Shown in pieces: positions 9,933-20,618 of a stretch of DNA of 64,000 bases; the stretch's first letter is position 1; every line of letters begins with the position of its first letter. Position numbers and translations under genes: made by a program. Under the pieces are notes generated by a model. The model was not told the DNA's origin and made no database searches. It saw only the letters and a program-made list of their open reading frames with translations. The stretch comes from an uncultured virus (IMG/VR IMGVR_UViG_3300031669_003759) (lineage: Duplodnaviria > Heunggongvirae > Uroviricota > Caudoviricetes). The stretch is from IMG/VR virus record IMGVR_UViG_3300031669_003759, positions 1-64,000 of that record. One strand, 5' to 3'.

Positions 9933-10719
9933 CGTTATTATCCTTTACACAATATTGTCTAAAATCGCACGAGTAACAATATTTATACTTAAAATTCTGC
10001 ACGAATTGGCAATTATTCTTCAACTCCTGATTAACTTTTATGTACTTTTCTTTTGCTTCATCCATCATTTCGTCAGAAATGTCGTAACTATGAATACCCT
10101 TTTTAGAATCTATATAACGTAAATAAAGATATTGTCCCTTGATCACATCTGCATCAGGGAGCATTTGTCTCAACCAAATCCCATAGGAAGGAATCTGCAC
10201 AGAAGCTAATTCAGCTTTTTTAGTAGCTGGTCTGCCTGATTTATAATCAATAACCTTGTACGTATTCTCACCTAAATCATCTATTCTATCAGCTTTTAAC
10301 CATACTACCACACCATCAAATGTAATCTTAGCCAATTTTTCCACTTCGAATACATTAGGAGTATCACTATTTTTCAAATACATCAGATATTTAGATAACA
10401 TTATTTTTATAGCATACAAGTCATCTTTGGTAATTAAACCTTCGTCTACTTTCTTATATGCTTTATAAGTCCTAATTGCGGATTTAAAACATTTCCCCAT
10501 TTCCTTTTTCCAGTTATACTCTGAACAACCCATTTGTTTCTTATGTAGATTTTCTAATACTTTATGGGCAATATTTCCAATAAGAAAATATTTATTCTCT
10601 TTAAAAATAAATGGGGGTGCCAGGTACTTATAAAGAAAAAGACGGCGGCAACCGTTAAACGTGTCAACTTTGCTAGGTGAAAGAGTCAAAGTAGCAGGAT
10701 CTTTAATTAATTTACGCAC
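9919..10719 (-). CDS. PD-(D/E)XK exonuclease (RecB/Cas4-like)
   Basis: LSPSK..C, GNIAH, KADRID, IDYKSG, Q..SY and C-terminal CYSCDFRQYC. Confidence 0.8.
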   Translation of the reverse strand: MRKLIKDPATLTLSPSKVDTFNGCRRLFLYKYLAPPFIFKENKYFLIGNIAHKVLENLHKKQMGCSEYNWKKEMGKCFKSAIRTYKAYKKVDEGLITKDDLYAIKIMLSKYLMYLKNSDTPNVFEVEKLAKITFDGVVVWLKADRIDDLGENTYKVIDYKSGRPATKKAELASVQIPSYGIWLRQMLPDADVIKGQYLYLRYIDSKKGIHSYDISDEMMDEAKEKYIKVNQELKNNCQFVQNFKYKYCYSCDFRQYCVKDNNDGIS

Positions 10720-10732
10720 GTCTTCTCAGAAA

Positions 10733-11396
10733 TTATTGTAGTTGAGTAACCGCCCAAGTGTGGACTACATTGAACCCAGCATGTGTCTGGGGTAGCAAAT
10801 CATACCTATTTATAAGCATATGTTTAACTTTATACTTGTTCCAGGACATCCAATAGTACGCTTTATTAACAAAGCAGTCCTTAGTAAACATTGTGGCCTC
10901 TGCCTCTTTATTATACTTAGGATACAGAATAAGGTGTCGCATATACATTGTCATCGCATATCCATTAGCCTCGATATATGTGCGCCATGGGGAGGGCCAG
11001 GGAACTAAAAACACAATTGATACTAGGAAAAGTAAAAACCACAAATTTACGAATCCTAAGAATGCAAAAAAACTGAACAGCCCCCATATCTGGGGAGAAA
11101 GATACTTTAAAGAAAACAGATTATATCCGTGTGTCCTGTCCCACATATGCGCAAATTCATGCGCAAGTACAATTAGAGCACCAGATGGATTGTCTTCCAC
11201 CCAAGTATCCGTGGGTACATAAATAGTAGTTCCTATTACAGTAATGTAATCACGCATAAAGGAAGGATTAAAAAATAAAACAACTCCTAAAATCCGCATG
11301 AACCAATTTTTATTTTTAACACATAGTTTAGCTTTAGGAAAATTCTTTAAAACTACATTTTCCCAAAAATGATCTACCTTTTCTTTGCTAATGATC
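10733..11396 (-). CDS. membrane-associated HExxH metallopeptidase-like protein
   Basis: LAHEFAH motif, downstream EANGY, hydrophobic segments. Start at MIISKE overlaps the amidase stop. Confidence 0.55.
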
Positions 11397-12944
11397 ATTA
11401 CGTTCTTTCCACGCTTTGTACCACCACGCTTTGTACCACTCCGCTTCATTTTTCTTTTCCAAATTAACATAGTTCACGGCTCTTTGGTCTTCAATGCATC
11501 GTTGCAAACTATCTACACTGATAGTATCATACAAGAAATCCCGAAAGGCTGAAAGCGGAATGTTCGGGCAAGTTTTGTCCGTATTTGGATCTTCATAATG
11601 TCCCAGAACATCAGCTAAAGTGAGATTAAAATGTGCCGTCAAGATCTTCAGTAACTCTTTCGCTGCTTCGAGTTGCTTATTTGTAAAGGTATTTCTACCT
11701 ACTAAACAAATACCAATACTATCAGAATTACGCCCAGCAACATGTGCTCCAACTTCATCAGCAGTAAAGATAGGGTCATCATTGAGGTGTCTTCCAGGCT
11801 CGATCTGCCCGTCCAGAAAGTCCCAATAGACTACATCAGCATAGGGTCGCCCATTTAATACAATATAGTGATAACCTACCCCAGAATTGTGCGTAACAGA
11901 AACCATACCATTATGCCTAATCATAAGTAACTTGTTGCCTAGATCCACATCCCACGTAGGTTGACATCTGTAACTAATTGACCGTGTTCTAAGATCAAGA
12001 GTAACATTATCTTTATCCACAATACTAAGATGATACTTAGGATGGCGTGTAGGTTCAGTATTTTCAGTTTTCTTTAGCGTGGCACGTTTACCTGATGTCA
12101 CCACCAGCGCTTGTAAGACATCTATATTTTGTTTTGAAGTAGAATACAACATACTATAATGATCTTTTACTCTGCCTTTCGCTGTATGTGTATTATTCCA
12201 TCCATCTGATTCTGTGTACGCAGAAATAATAAATTCTCTAAAATTTAAAGGAAGGTGTAAGAGATTATAAGATAGCTGCTTGAATTTACCTAAAATATTA
12301 ATGAAAGGTTGTACGCTTTTTTTGCATATTCTAAACCGATAATAGCCCCTCTTTTTCGGTTGTGTATAGGCAACTTTGGATTTATCTAATAAATTTTTTA
12401 TATATTTAGCTTTTCGTTCTTTTTTAGTATCTATACCTATTCCATTAATCTCACCATTTTTCTTATAATACCAACCATCAGCGGCAATAAACGCGGCTAA
12501 TGCATAAATATATTTAGGATATAAACAATTATCGCTATTACTTTGATATGTACCAGCAACTTTAACTACGTTATTGCCTTTTCGAGATTTAATTTCATCC
12601 CCCCATTTTCTAATCTTAAACGAGTTTTTCCCCCCAGTACTAGTATAAACGCTATGATCTAGACTAAATTCAAAATCAGCATTTAATGATACTGCTCTGG
12701 CAGTTTCTTGTTGTTCATTAAATACAATTCTATGCGCATACTCAAACGTAATTATTCCTTTTTTGTAAACAGCTACTTTATGCTGGATAAGATCAAATTG
12801 ATGATAATCCTTCCATCCCTTATCTGTTAATACTTCCGTGTGCAAAGGAAAACACCAGCCACGTTTTTTATGCCACTCATCAAATATCAGAACATCCCCC
12901 CATGGGGAGGATGAGCAATGTACAAAAATATTTTTCAATTTCAT
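11388..12944 (-). CDS. N-acetylmuramoyl-L-alanine amidase (Amidase_2, endolysin) interrupted by an intein
   Basis: Exteins IFVHCS...WHKKRGW | SGVGYHY...GAHVAGRNSDSIGICLVG...GHYE...KTCP, which are T7-lysozyme-like Zn ligands. Confidence 0.85.
   Translation of the reverse strand: MKLKNIFVHCSSSPWGDVLIFDEWHKKRGWCFPLHTEVLTDKGWKDYHQFDLIQHKVAVYKKGIITFEYAHRIVFNEQQETARAVSLNADFEFSLDHSVYTSTGGKNSFKIRKWGDEIKSRKGNNVVKVAGTYQSNSDNCLYPKYIYALAAFIAADGWYYKKNGEINGIGIDTKKERKAKYIKNLLDKSKVAYTQPKKRGYYRFRICKKSVQPFINILGKFKQLSYNLLHLPLNFREFIISAYTESDGWNNTHTAKGRVKDHYSMLYSTSKQNIDVLQALVVTSGKRATLKKTENTEPTRHPKYHLSIVDKDNVTLDLRTRSISYRCQPTWDVDLGNKLLMIRHNGMVSVTHNSGVGYHYIVLNGRPYADVVYWDFLDGQIEPGRHLNDDPIFTADEVGAHVAGRNSDSIGICLVGRNTFTNKQLEAAKELLKILTAHFNLTLADVLGHYEDPNTDKTCPNIPLSAFRDFLYDTISVDSLQRCIEDQRAVNYVNLEKKNEAEWYKAWWYKAWKERNDH
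11886..12854 (-). mobile_element. intein with LAGLIDADG endonuclease (323 aa) in the amidase
   Basis: Starts CFPLHTEVLTDKGWK, ends VSVTHN followed by Ser; internal motifs AAFIAADG and AYTESDG. Confidence 0.88.
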
Positions 12945-12947
12945 AGA

Positions 12948-14771
12948 CTATTTCCCAGAAAGGAAATCGTTTCCTATGATTGGCATGTCGTGCAGGAGAA
13001 GATCATCACGGCGATTCGACCCCTCTTCAAACTCTAAGTCATCAATTGTTTCCAACACATCTCGAACATCTACTTTATTCTCCGTATCGGACATATCAGC
13101 TAATCTAGTTTCTAGTTCCTCTCGACTATTCTTCATGTAAGGATTCTTAGAACCATACTTATTTTGGTGTGCACTGGCTGCAGGCATTGGAAGAGGGGGA
13201 GGAACCCCTGGCTTCGCACCAGGGGCACCGGGGGCACCAGGCTTACCAGGAACAGGAGCTTGTGGCGCTGGAACCCCATATATTTCAGGGTGTTCCTTCT
13301 TGTATGTTCGTTCCTCTGAGACATTCTTTCTTTCAGTATCTTGATCCAGTCCTGCACCTGCTGCATAGGTACGCTCAGAAAGAATTCCTCGTTCCTTCAA
13401 ATCTCTCCATATATTTAGAATAGCCACATCCTGTGTTGCTTCCAAACTTTTATGCCATTTTATTTTAGGAATGATTAATTCTCTTTCTTCTACTGGACGC
13501 TTAATTCTGATTCTATGTTCTATCTCAGCATTTGACCTTTTGTAAAATTCATGGATTTCGGCAATCGGAGTGATTATCTTTTTTATAATCCAGTCATTCT
13601 CAAACCGCTCACGCAGTGATTGTAACCGTTGCATCAACGTTTGCAACCCTGCAATACTACTGGCAAAACTTGACTCCCCGGTTAAGAAAGATTTAGATAC
13701 TCCCAAGCCAAGTAATTTAACTCGTTCGATAAAATCCCATTCGCGGGAAATTAGCAGAACACGATCAGAAACTCCCACTAATTCTGCTGTAACATTATGG
13801 TGCATAATAATAGCAGCCAGTGGGTCAGCTTCTGCCATGGACAGCATTTCTGCAAACGCTGCTTCATCATCCTCATCAGGTAACCAACCGCTATTTGGAT
13901 CACCTAATTTGAATATGCGTAACGGAGCAGCATTTCTCTGGGCAACTGCAAGACTAGCGTTTACAATAAAATCTTCATACATAATAACCCGGAACAGCCG
14001 GGTGTACAAGGATGTACCACGTATATCTGTAGAAGAGTTCAATCGTGGCAAATACGTAGTATTTAGTGCGTCTAGCGGGACTTCCCTATTCATCCTAAAC
14101 GCATTTATAATTTCTTTTGGTATGACTTTTTGTAACCTTCTAATTCTAGGATCGGTCGAATTAATCAGCCTTTTAATTTCTGGAGTGGGCAGGAGTGATA
14201 GCAATGGCTGTTCAATTGCTAATCCTATTCCGTCTACCTTGACATAATCGGGGTTATGTGGAATGGTGCGTTCCCATATTCCTTTGGTTGAATTAAAAAT
14301 ATTGTGGAGAACTAACTCTCCAGTTACCATATAGTCACGAGTAAAAGCAGCAAACTTAGGAACTAAGTTTAAAGCAGTGAACATATCTTCGTACACATGG
14401 CGAACGTACTTATCGTCAATTCCCATAAGATCGAACTGTGACCATGGGAGTTCTGCATACATATCCGTTGCAGTAGCAACAGCCGGATCTCGTTTATACA
14501 CTTCCCGCCAGATCGAATTTGCTACTACTCTGTTTTTCGGGAAGTAAAACTTATCCGGTGTAGACCATCTATAATCATAGTAGAGGGGCGACTGTGCCAA
14601 AGATTGCCCGCTACCACGAAGAGTAGACCCTGCACCAGAACTTCCCCCATAAGTTTGGGCTGTACGACGAATACGACCATGTGCCTTAGTCTGAATGGTA
14701 TTCGGGCTATGAAGCATAGGTGCTATATACTTTTTACTTCTAGCTGCTTTCTTTTTTACTTTTCTAGCCAT
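12948..14771 (-). CDS. portal protein
   Basis: 607 aa. DPAVATATDMYAELP, RGTS...R and LGVSKSFLTGE motifs fit phage portals; located between terminase and head genes. Confidence 0.7.
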   Translation of the reverse strand: MARKVKKKAARSKKYIAPMLHSPNTIQTKAHGRIRRTAQTYGGSSGAGSTLRGSGQSLAQSPLYYDYRWSTPDKFYFPKNRVVANSIWREVYKRDPAVATATDMYAELPWSQFDLMGIDDKYVRHVYEDMFTALNLVPKFAAFTRDYMVTGELVLHNIFNSTKGIWERTIPHNPDYVKVDGIGLAIEQPLLSLLPTPEIKRLINSTDPRIRRLQKVIPKEIINAFRMNREVPLDALNTTYLPRLNSSTDIRGTSLYTRLFRVIMYEDFIVNASLAVAQRNAAPLRIFKLGDPNSGWLPDEDDEAAFAEMLSMAEADPLAAIIMHHNVTAELVGVSDRVLLISREWDFIERVKLLGLGVSKSFLTGESSFASSIAGLQTLMQRLQSLRERFENDWIIKKIITPIAEIHEFYKRSNAEIEHRIRIKRPVEERELIIPKIKWHKSLEATQDVAILNIWRDLKERGILSERTYAAGAGLDQDTERKNVSEERTYKKEHPEIYGVPAPQAPVPGKPGAPGAPGAKPGVPPPLPMPAASAHQNKYGSKNPYMKNSREELETRLADMSDTENKVDVRDVLETIDDLEFEEGSNRRDDLLLHDMPIIGNDFLSGK

Positions 14772-14972
14772 TAAGACAATCCGAATTTATCTGAGTTAAG
14801 TAGTAACCATATACATTCCGCATCAAACTCATTTGAAATACAATCTCTACAATCACTGTGACCCGAAAATGGGCAGACTCCATTTACAAATTTAACTATG
14901 TCTGTAATCTCACATGGGGGTGTGAATCCTACCCCCGCAGCACCACCCGGATCAACCGACACTTTAGGGACA

Positions 14973-15215
14973 TCAAGCCACATTTCGGCGGAAGAACCTG
15001 CTTTCATTCCCAGCAATTCTCTGAATAATGGCAAGATCAACCGCAGCACCCATATTAAACATAGCTTGCAAAGCGGCCTCTCTGGCCTGTGATTCCGTAA
15101 GTCCGTATGATCGAAGCAGTACCAAGGCGTGAGTCATAGGCCCTAGAAATACAATGTTATCATCGCCTGCATCCAATGTGAACATCTTAGAGACTCTATC
15201 ATAGTATAGATACAT
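14973..15215 (-). CDS. hypothetical protein
   Basis: 80 aa, GAGGG RBS, TATAAT upstream. Confidence 0.5.
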   Translation of the reverse strand: MYLYYDRVSKMFTLDAGDDNIVFLGPMTHALVLLRSYGLTESQAREAALQAMFNMGAAVDLAIIQRIAGNESRFFRRNVA

Positions 15216-15236
15216 TGTACCCTCGTTTCTATTATA

Positions 15237-16382
15237 CTAAATAGTCCGTAAAGCAGCTTGAATCGCTTCTTTAGTTTGTTGACTATTTATAGTGCTAAAA
15301 AACGATGAGATAAGCTGGATGCCGTTTTTAATCTCTGGAGCTAGTAAGGTTTCCCATGTACTCATAAATTCCTTCGTAGTTGCCCAAGATGCTGTTGCCC
15401 ACTGCACGGCAGTCTTTTTCCAATCTGCATCATACTTTCCAAATTTTGTAAATTGCTGCACATATTCCCTCGCTGCGGCATTACGCTGTTTAATCCCATA
15501 AAGATGCCCTTCTATCTTTGCCGCAATATCGGGAAATTGAGTATCTAAAAAATTAATAACATCTGCATCTGTAGTCGCGCCCTTACGTAACATGTCATCC
15601 AAAGCTGCAAGCGTATTGTACAGTTGGTTATGAAATAATTCCTTAACCTCAGAGTCTAGTTGTTTCTCCCCAGCTAATGTTATATGCATATACTGCGCAA
15701 AAGTCTTTTCTTCCTCGGACTTAGGTTCCCATTTTTGTATACTAGCTTCCCAATTGGTATGAATTTGGGTTGCCTCACGTTTCACTTCATCGGTATTTTG
15801 CTTGATACTCTCCATTGTAGACAATGCTGTATCCACTGAGTGTACAGCGGGTGTTACTGTTTGACTTTCCACTGAGATCTGCTCAAGCTGATCAGTAGAA
15901 AGTTTATAAAGCATATGTGCAGCCTTTATTCTTAGATAGTAGGCTTCCCGAAGTTTCTCAGTGTCTACAAGGTTTAACTGACTTGCATTGACATGTACTG
16001 TGCCAATGCCCCGTATAGCTACAGCAATACTATCTGCACATTTTTCTTCCAGTGTTCCAACTGATCCATTGATTAATTTTACACTTTGGCCAGTTTTCAA
16101 TACAGAAAATGGCCCTTCATTCAATATTTTTTTGGCGTACTCTTTAGTTTCTTTTACTGCATAAGTAATTACATTTTTTGGATATTCGGAATCTTCTAAC
16201 ACAGATTCAATCTCATCCCAAGTCCACCCCATCATCCAATATGCTTGAGCTGATTGGGTTGCCTCGTCTTTAAGATCTACAGTAGCCTGCGCGATAATTA
16301 TGTGATTATCTTTGCGTGCGTAGGCGTTACTCGCAAGGTTCTGCACAAAAGCATCCCCATCCATTTTATTTGTAACTTTCAT
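15237..16382 (-). CDS. hypothetical helical protein
   Basis: 381 aa; start overlaps upstream stop. Confidence 0.6.
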   Translation of the reverse strand: MKVTNKMDGDAFVQNLASNAYARKDNHIIIAQATVDLKDEATQSAQAYWMMGWTWDEIESVLEDSEYPKNVITYAVKETKEYAKKILNEGPFSVLKTGQSVKLINGSVGTLEEKCADSIAVAIRGIGTVHVNASQLNLVDTEKLREAYYLRIKAAHMLYKLSTDQLEQISVESQTVTPAVHSVDTALSTMESIKQNTDEVKREATQIHTNWEASIQKWEPKSEEEKTFAQYMHITLAGEKQLDSEVKELFHNQLYNTLAALDDMLRKGATTDADVINFLDTQFPDIAAKIEGHLYGIKQRNAAAREYVQQFTKFGKYDADWKKTAVQWATASWATTKEFMSTWETLLAPEIKNGIQLISSFFSTINSQQTKEAIQAALRTI

Positions 16383-18031
16383 CAGAATTCCTCTTCTACA
16401 GGAGAATTTTCACTAATTATTTCCCTGATTTCAGGCAGCCATGATCTAGCAATGCCCATATCCTGCTCTTGCTCATCAGCCATTTCGTTTTCTTCAGATA
16501 TACCCATGGGCATATCTGCTGGAGCAACCTGCCCGGAAGGCCATCCTGGTATGTATTTACCCATACTGACATCTTCAAGCAAATCTTCTATGGCGTGCAT
16601 TTCAGTTAATGAAATATTGTGTCGGCTTTCCCGACTTTGCACTGCATAAATCGGATCGTCCTGTCCCTCATGATATTCACTCAGCAGTTTAAATAATTCA
16701 AAAATATCAGATTCTCCTGCATACTCAGGAAGATCTAGTCGGTATTCAGAGGAAAGTTCTGCCGCTTCAACCCTTTTTGAAACGGCACATACTGTTCCGA
16801 TCTTTAGGTCATGTTTCTTACACGCCCCACCAACAAGTTCTAACACAGCACTGGTTGTAGGGTAAGACCACCAATCGGGAGATTTCGGTTGGATATTTGA
16901 TACTATCTTTCCAATCTCTAGCCCATGTGGGGAATCCATCAAGAATACAATATCGATTGGGAACTGCACAGACCCCATGTGGAAAGTAGCACTTCCTTCT
17001 TCTTCAAACGGAAAGAGCAAACCTTCAGTAGGATCTAGCGAGTCAAACACTTCTAACCCGGCTGCTTTCTGCATTGGTGTTGCTGCTATATAGGCAGAAA
17101 TAGTAGTTCCATTATCAAACTTAACTCGCATACGGTCAGTGTTCGAATAACCAATTCTAGCAACTGTGGTTGCTATTTTAGTCATTTTTGCCTTCCTAAC
17201 TGGCTTTACTCTGATAGATGCTGTTTCCAATCCAGATGGTCCTAGTTCTGGTTCTAGCATACGTGTGCCCGAGGGTAATGCTTCTGCAGGGGTCTGTGGT
17301 GTCTGGCTTTCAGGAATGGCCGGGTTCTTATCAAACCCGCTTTGGATACCCCTGTATAATTCGCTGAATATTTCAGCTAGTACTTTGGGATCGAAAATCC
17401 TAGAAATTGCATTAGTTATACGCTGATTTATGGGAAGCTTTGCTTCAGGGTCAATTTTCAAAAATTCACTTTGTAGTACCGTGTTAGGCACATATGCATC
17501 TTCTGGAATCTCATTTGCATATGACTCTATAAGCTGCATAACTGAGCGCTGTGCCTGTTCGTAGTTGCTAAAATCCTGTGCGGTAAGATCCACTGATGCA
17601 AGAATTGCAAGGAATTCTAAATTAGTATTCAAGGACGCTTTCCACTTTTTCCATGCAGGAAAAAACTCATCTTCAAATTCCTGCATCTCTTCAATAGTCT
17701 TGTTCAGATGAAATGAAGATTCCACTTCTTTTTTCTTTGACTTCTGAAATTTATTTTTGTTTTTATGTGTCCGATCCTTAGTATCTTTCACATCCTCTAC
17801 GTTAGGATTCTTTACTTTTCGCATCACTTCTTGTTGGTATTGTTGTCCTATTCCTTTTACCAACCTATAGTTCTGTGCAATCAGCCATTCAGCTAACCGA
17901 GTCAGCATAGCTTTGTCGGTAATACCATGACAAGCTGTATGATAATCATCCTCACTAATGTAGCCTTGAAATTTTTCCAAGGATGCAAAATGAGATTTAA
18001 GCGTAATAAGCCGCGCCATGGTACCCACCAT
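16382..18031 (-). CDS. multidomain protein containing a DUF192 domain
   Basis: AATPMQKAAGL...GLLFPF...FHMGSVQFPIDIVFL...VLELVGG matches the DUF192 pattern. Confidence 0.65.
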   Translation of the reverse strand: MVGTMARLITLKSHFASLEKFQGYISEDDYHTACHGITDKAMLTRLAEWLIAQNYRLVKGIGQQYQQEVMRKVKNPNVEDVKDTKDRTHKNKNKFQKSKKKEVESSFHLNKTIEEMQEFEDEFFPAWKKWKASLNTNLEFLAILASVDLTAQDFSNYEQAQRSVMQLIESYANEIPEDAYVPNTVLQSEFLKIDPEAKLPINQRITNAISRIFDPKVLAEIFSELYRGIQSGFDKNPAIPESQTPQTPAEALPSGTRMLEPELGPSGLETASIRVKPVRKAKMTKIATTVARIGYSNTDRMRVKFDNGTTISAYIAATPMQKAAGLEVFDSLDPTEGLLFPFEEEGSATFHMGSVQFPIDIVFLMDSPHGLEIGKIVSNIQPKSPDWWSYPTTSAVLELVGGACKKHDLKIGTVCAVSKRVEAAELSSEYRLDLPEYAGESDIFELFKLLSEYHEGQDDPIYAVQSRESRHNISLTEMHAIEDLLEDVSMGKYIPGWPSGQVAPADMPMGISEENEMADEQEQDMGIARSWLPEIREIISENSPVEEEF

Positions 18032-18034
18032 TTC

Positions 18035-18577
18035 TTAAAAATCGTCTAGTTTTTCCGCACTATCTACTGGCTCTTCGTTAGCTGGCTCTTCTGGTTCTTT
18101 CTCTGTGCTACTCTTATAAGATTTTTTATGCCACTTGTTGGACTTCTTTTTATCCTTCTTATGATCTGTTTCAGCTAACAGTTTTTCAACTGGATCTTCC
18201 TTTTTTATCGTGGCCTTGGGTTTCTTATACATTTTTTCTGTAACATCTTCTTTATCTTTTAGATCTATAACCCTTGGCTTCGCAAGAACTTTTGACTTTA
18301 CAATCTTAGGAAGCGGTTTCTTAACAGCGCTAACAGCTACACGCTGGGCTATAGGTACTACTTTCTTAATCGGAACTTTGGGAATGGCTACCTCAGAATC
18401 ATGGACCAGAATCAATGCATTGACACTAAACAACTTTTTCAGGAGGGGATTCGTCTTTATCCACTTCCTGGAGCAATGAGGATCTAAATCAAATGATTTT
18501 CCAGGGGTCAGGATAATACTCCCTACTTCCAAATCTACGGGTAAATTTCCGGGCATGCAGTTTTGAATTTTGTACAT
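18035..18577 (-). CDS. Lys-rich hypothetical protein
   Basis: 180 aa, AAGGAG RBS. Confidence 0.6.
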   Translation of the reverse strand: MYKIQNCMPGNLPVDLEVGSIILTPGKSFDLDPHCSRKWIKTNPLLKKLFSVNALILVHDSEVAIPKVPIKKVVPIAQRVAVSAVKKPLPKIVKSKVLAKPRVIDLKDKEDVTEKMYKKPKATIKKEDPVEKLLAETDHKKDKKKSNKWHKKSYKSSTEKEPEEPANEEPVDSAEKLDDF

Positions 18578-18632
18578 TGGTAAATCTCCTTTCTGAGAAA
18601 AATCTTACATCGATATGCATCCTAATATTAAA

Positions 18633-20618
18633 CTACCGTCTAGATCCCTTGGGTTCCAAATGAACTACTCGTCCAATTTTTCTATTTCTACCACCGCGAA
18701 TTCGCTGCTTCATCTGCACTTTTCGCAGTTCAGGTATAGAAATAACCTCCTCGGAATGCAACAATAAACGATGTACCCCTACATAGCACTGAATCATATC
18801 GTTTGAGCCACCAGGTGGGTGATCCACTCGCACACCATCGTCATTTAGCTTGCGTAACTCCCACAAGGCTTTTGAACATGGTAAATTCCTAGCGATAGAT
18901 GGATCCATGAAATCATTCTCTCTAGCCGGAAAACTTACTTTCATTTCCCCCATAGAGTTCACAAACCGTACATGGTCATCTCTATTTATATCTTTCTGGA
19001 AAGCTAATATTCCAGCAGTTCTCAACATATGTATCTGTTCGGTGGAGTTCCAACGGTCATAGGACATGTACCTGATTGATAACATCCTATTCAATTTCAA
19101 GATAATTTCAGTCATAGCAGGAAAGTAAACTTCGCGTGGGGGCAAGCCCTGCTTATTATTTTTGTGAATTGGGCGGCACTCTATGGCTCCATCGATAATT
19201 GCTACATCATCCGGGCTTAAATGTCCAATTGCTAAACAAAAACTATCCTGTCGTTGACCAGGGTCACAATGAATCACGTATTCTATTAAGTGTTTATACT
19301 TAACCTCCACAACCTCTGGCTTTATATAACTGAACTTGTACTGATCTAATCTCTCATCGAAAAATACTTCACGGGTAGTCAAACTGGAAGATCTATTTTT
19401 ATCCACACAGATCTCTATAATAGCAGTATTCGGAATTAGTGGATTTTCTGCACCGGGAGGATTCGCCCCATAATCTCGTTCAGCGCCGAGTGGATCAGAT
19501 GCAAATTCATCTGCAAGATCCTCTTTGCTAATATCTGGATTGAATTCCCATGTTGATCTATGAAACGCAAACATCTTCTCGGATTTACCTGCCTGTTTCA
19601 GGAGAAGCATCGCCTTGTCATCTTCAAACATGGGGGAGGAGATACAGAACATTCGAGCATCCGGGATATCATAAATACCTTGTTTATGTAACCGTTCCAC
19701 AGATGCTTTAATTGTAATCAACGAGCGCTTCAACACACGGTAAACCTCTGTAGCACTGCGCTTGCTATCACCTGTATCCATTCGGCTGATTTCATCTATA
19801 ACTGCAAAAATTCTAGTTTTTCCGGCGATGGAACTTGAGTTTGAAGTCAGAGATTTAATTCTAATGTGCTTTTCTTTAAAATGGATAGATTTCTCAGTTT
19901 GCCAATAAAGTGTGCCTCTCCGCAGGGTATTATCCAGAATCTCTAAATCTAGTAGTGCCTTCCTGTAGTTCTGAAACCAGGGAGAGTTATCGTAAAGGCC
20001 TCTAAAGTGCCCATAGATTGTTTCACTAGCCTGCTCACCAGATGCTGCTACAAAGGCAGCATCAATCTCCTGACTCTTTACTAACCCCAGTTTTTCCTGA
20101 AGTTTATCTACCTGCAGCAACTCATGTATGATTGCAGCAGACATACAGGCTACTAGCACGGACTTACCTCCGCGCATCCCAACAACACCAATTAGCTCAT
20201 TAAAATTATTGAACACACGGGGGTTCTGCAGTTTAGTAAACCCACATTTTGGACAAACATTATACCTAAATAATATCTGTTTATCTCTATATTTTTTTGC
20301 TTTAGTATCTGAGGCCCCCATCATCTTAGGGTCTACCGTAGAGTAGACTTCTTCAAGATTGTTACACGTAGGGCATAGCAGTTCAAAGAAGTCACGGACC
20401 ACAGCAAACTGCGGGTAATGTAACTGTGGACCATCTAAAAATTTAGGCGACTCGATAAATTCCAATTGATTGGGAGCAAGCTCTAACTGTACTCTCCCCT
20501 TACTTCTTGGCCTTGCCTGTATGCAACCATCCAATAGCCCTGAAATGCCATCGAAGATATTACTTTCCTTATCTTCGCTTTTTGGGCCAATCTGCATTGA
20601 AACAAGATCTTTAGTCAT
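18633..20618 (-). CDS. terL: terminase large subunit
   Basis: Walker A GMRGGKS, Walker B FAVIDE, CISSP motif, nuclease HCDPG...DSF...YDRWNS...ND; N-terminal CxxC/CxxC. Confidence 0.88.
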   Translation of the reverse strand: MTKDLVSMQIGPKSEDKESNIFDGISGLLDGCIQARPRSKGRVQLELAPNQLEFIESPKFLDGPQLHYPQFAVVRDFFELLCPTCNNLEEVYSTVDPKMMGASDTKAKKYRDKQILFRYNVCPKCGFTKLQNPRVFNNFNELIGVVGMRGGKSVLVACMSAAIIHELLQVDKLQEKLGLVKSQEIDAAFVAASGEQASETIYGHFRGLYDNSPWFQNYRKALLDLEILDNTLRRGTLYWQTEKSIHFKEKHIRIKSLTSNSSSIAGKTRIFAVIDEISRMDTGDSKRSATEVYRVLKRSLITIKASVERLHKQGIYDIPDARMFCISSPMFEDDKAMLLLKQAGKSEKMFAFHRSTWEFNPDISKEDLADEFASDPLGAERDYGANPPGAENPLIPNTAIIEICVDKNRSSSLTTREVFFDERLDQYKFSYIKPEVVEVKYKHLIEYVIHCDPGQRQDSFCLAIGHLSPDDVAIIDGAIECRPIHKNNKQGLPPREVYFPAMTEIILKLNRMLSIRYMSYDRWNSTEQIHMLRTAGILAFQKDINRDDHVRFVNSMGEMKVSFPARENDFMDPSIARNLPCSKALWELRKLNDDGVRVDHPPGGSNDMIQCYVGVHRLLLHSEEVISIPELRKVQMKQRIRGGRNRKIGRVVHLEPKGSRR

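Noticed and set aside
9919..10719. CRISPR-Cas system around the Cas4-like gene
   Set aside because: No repeat-spacer array or other cas genes were found by eye in the window.
14306..14315. GGAGAACTAA match to the IsrB guide inside the portal gene
   Set aside because: Only 10 nt, mismatched at the TAM-proximal end; compatible with chance.
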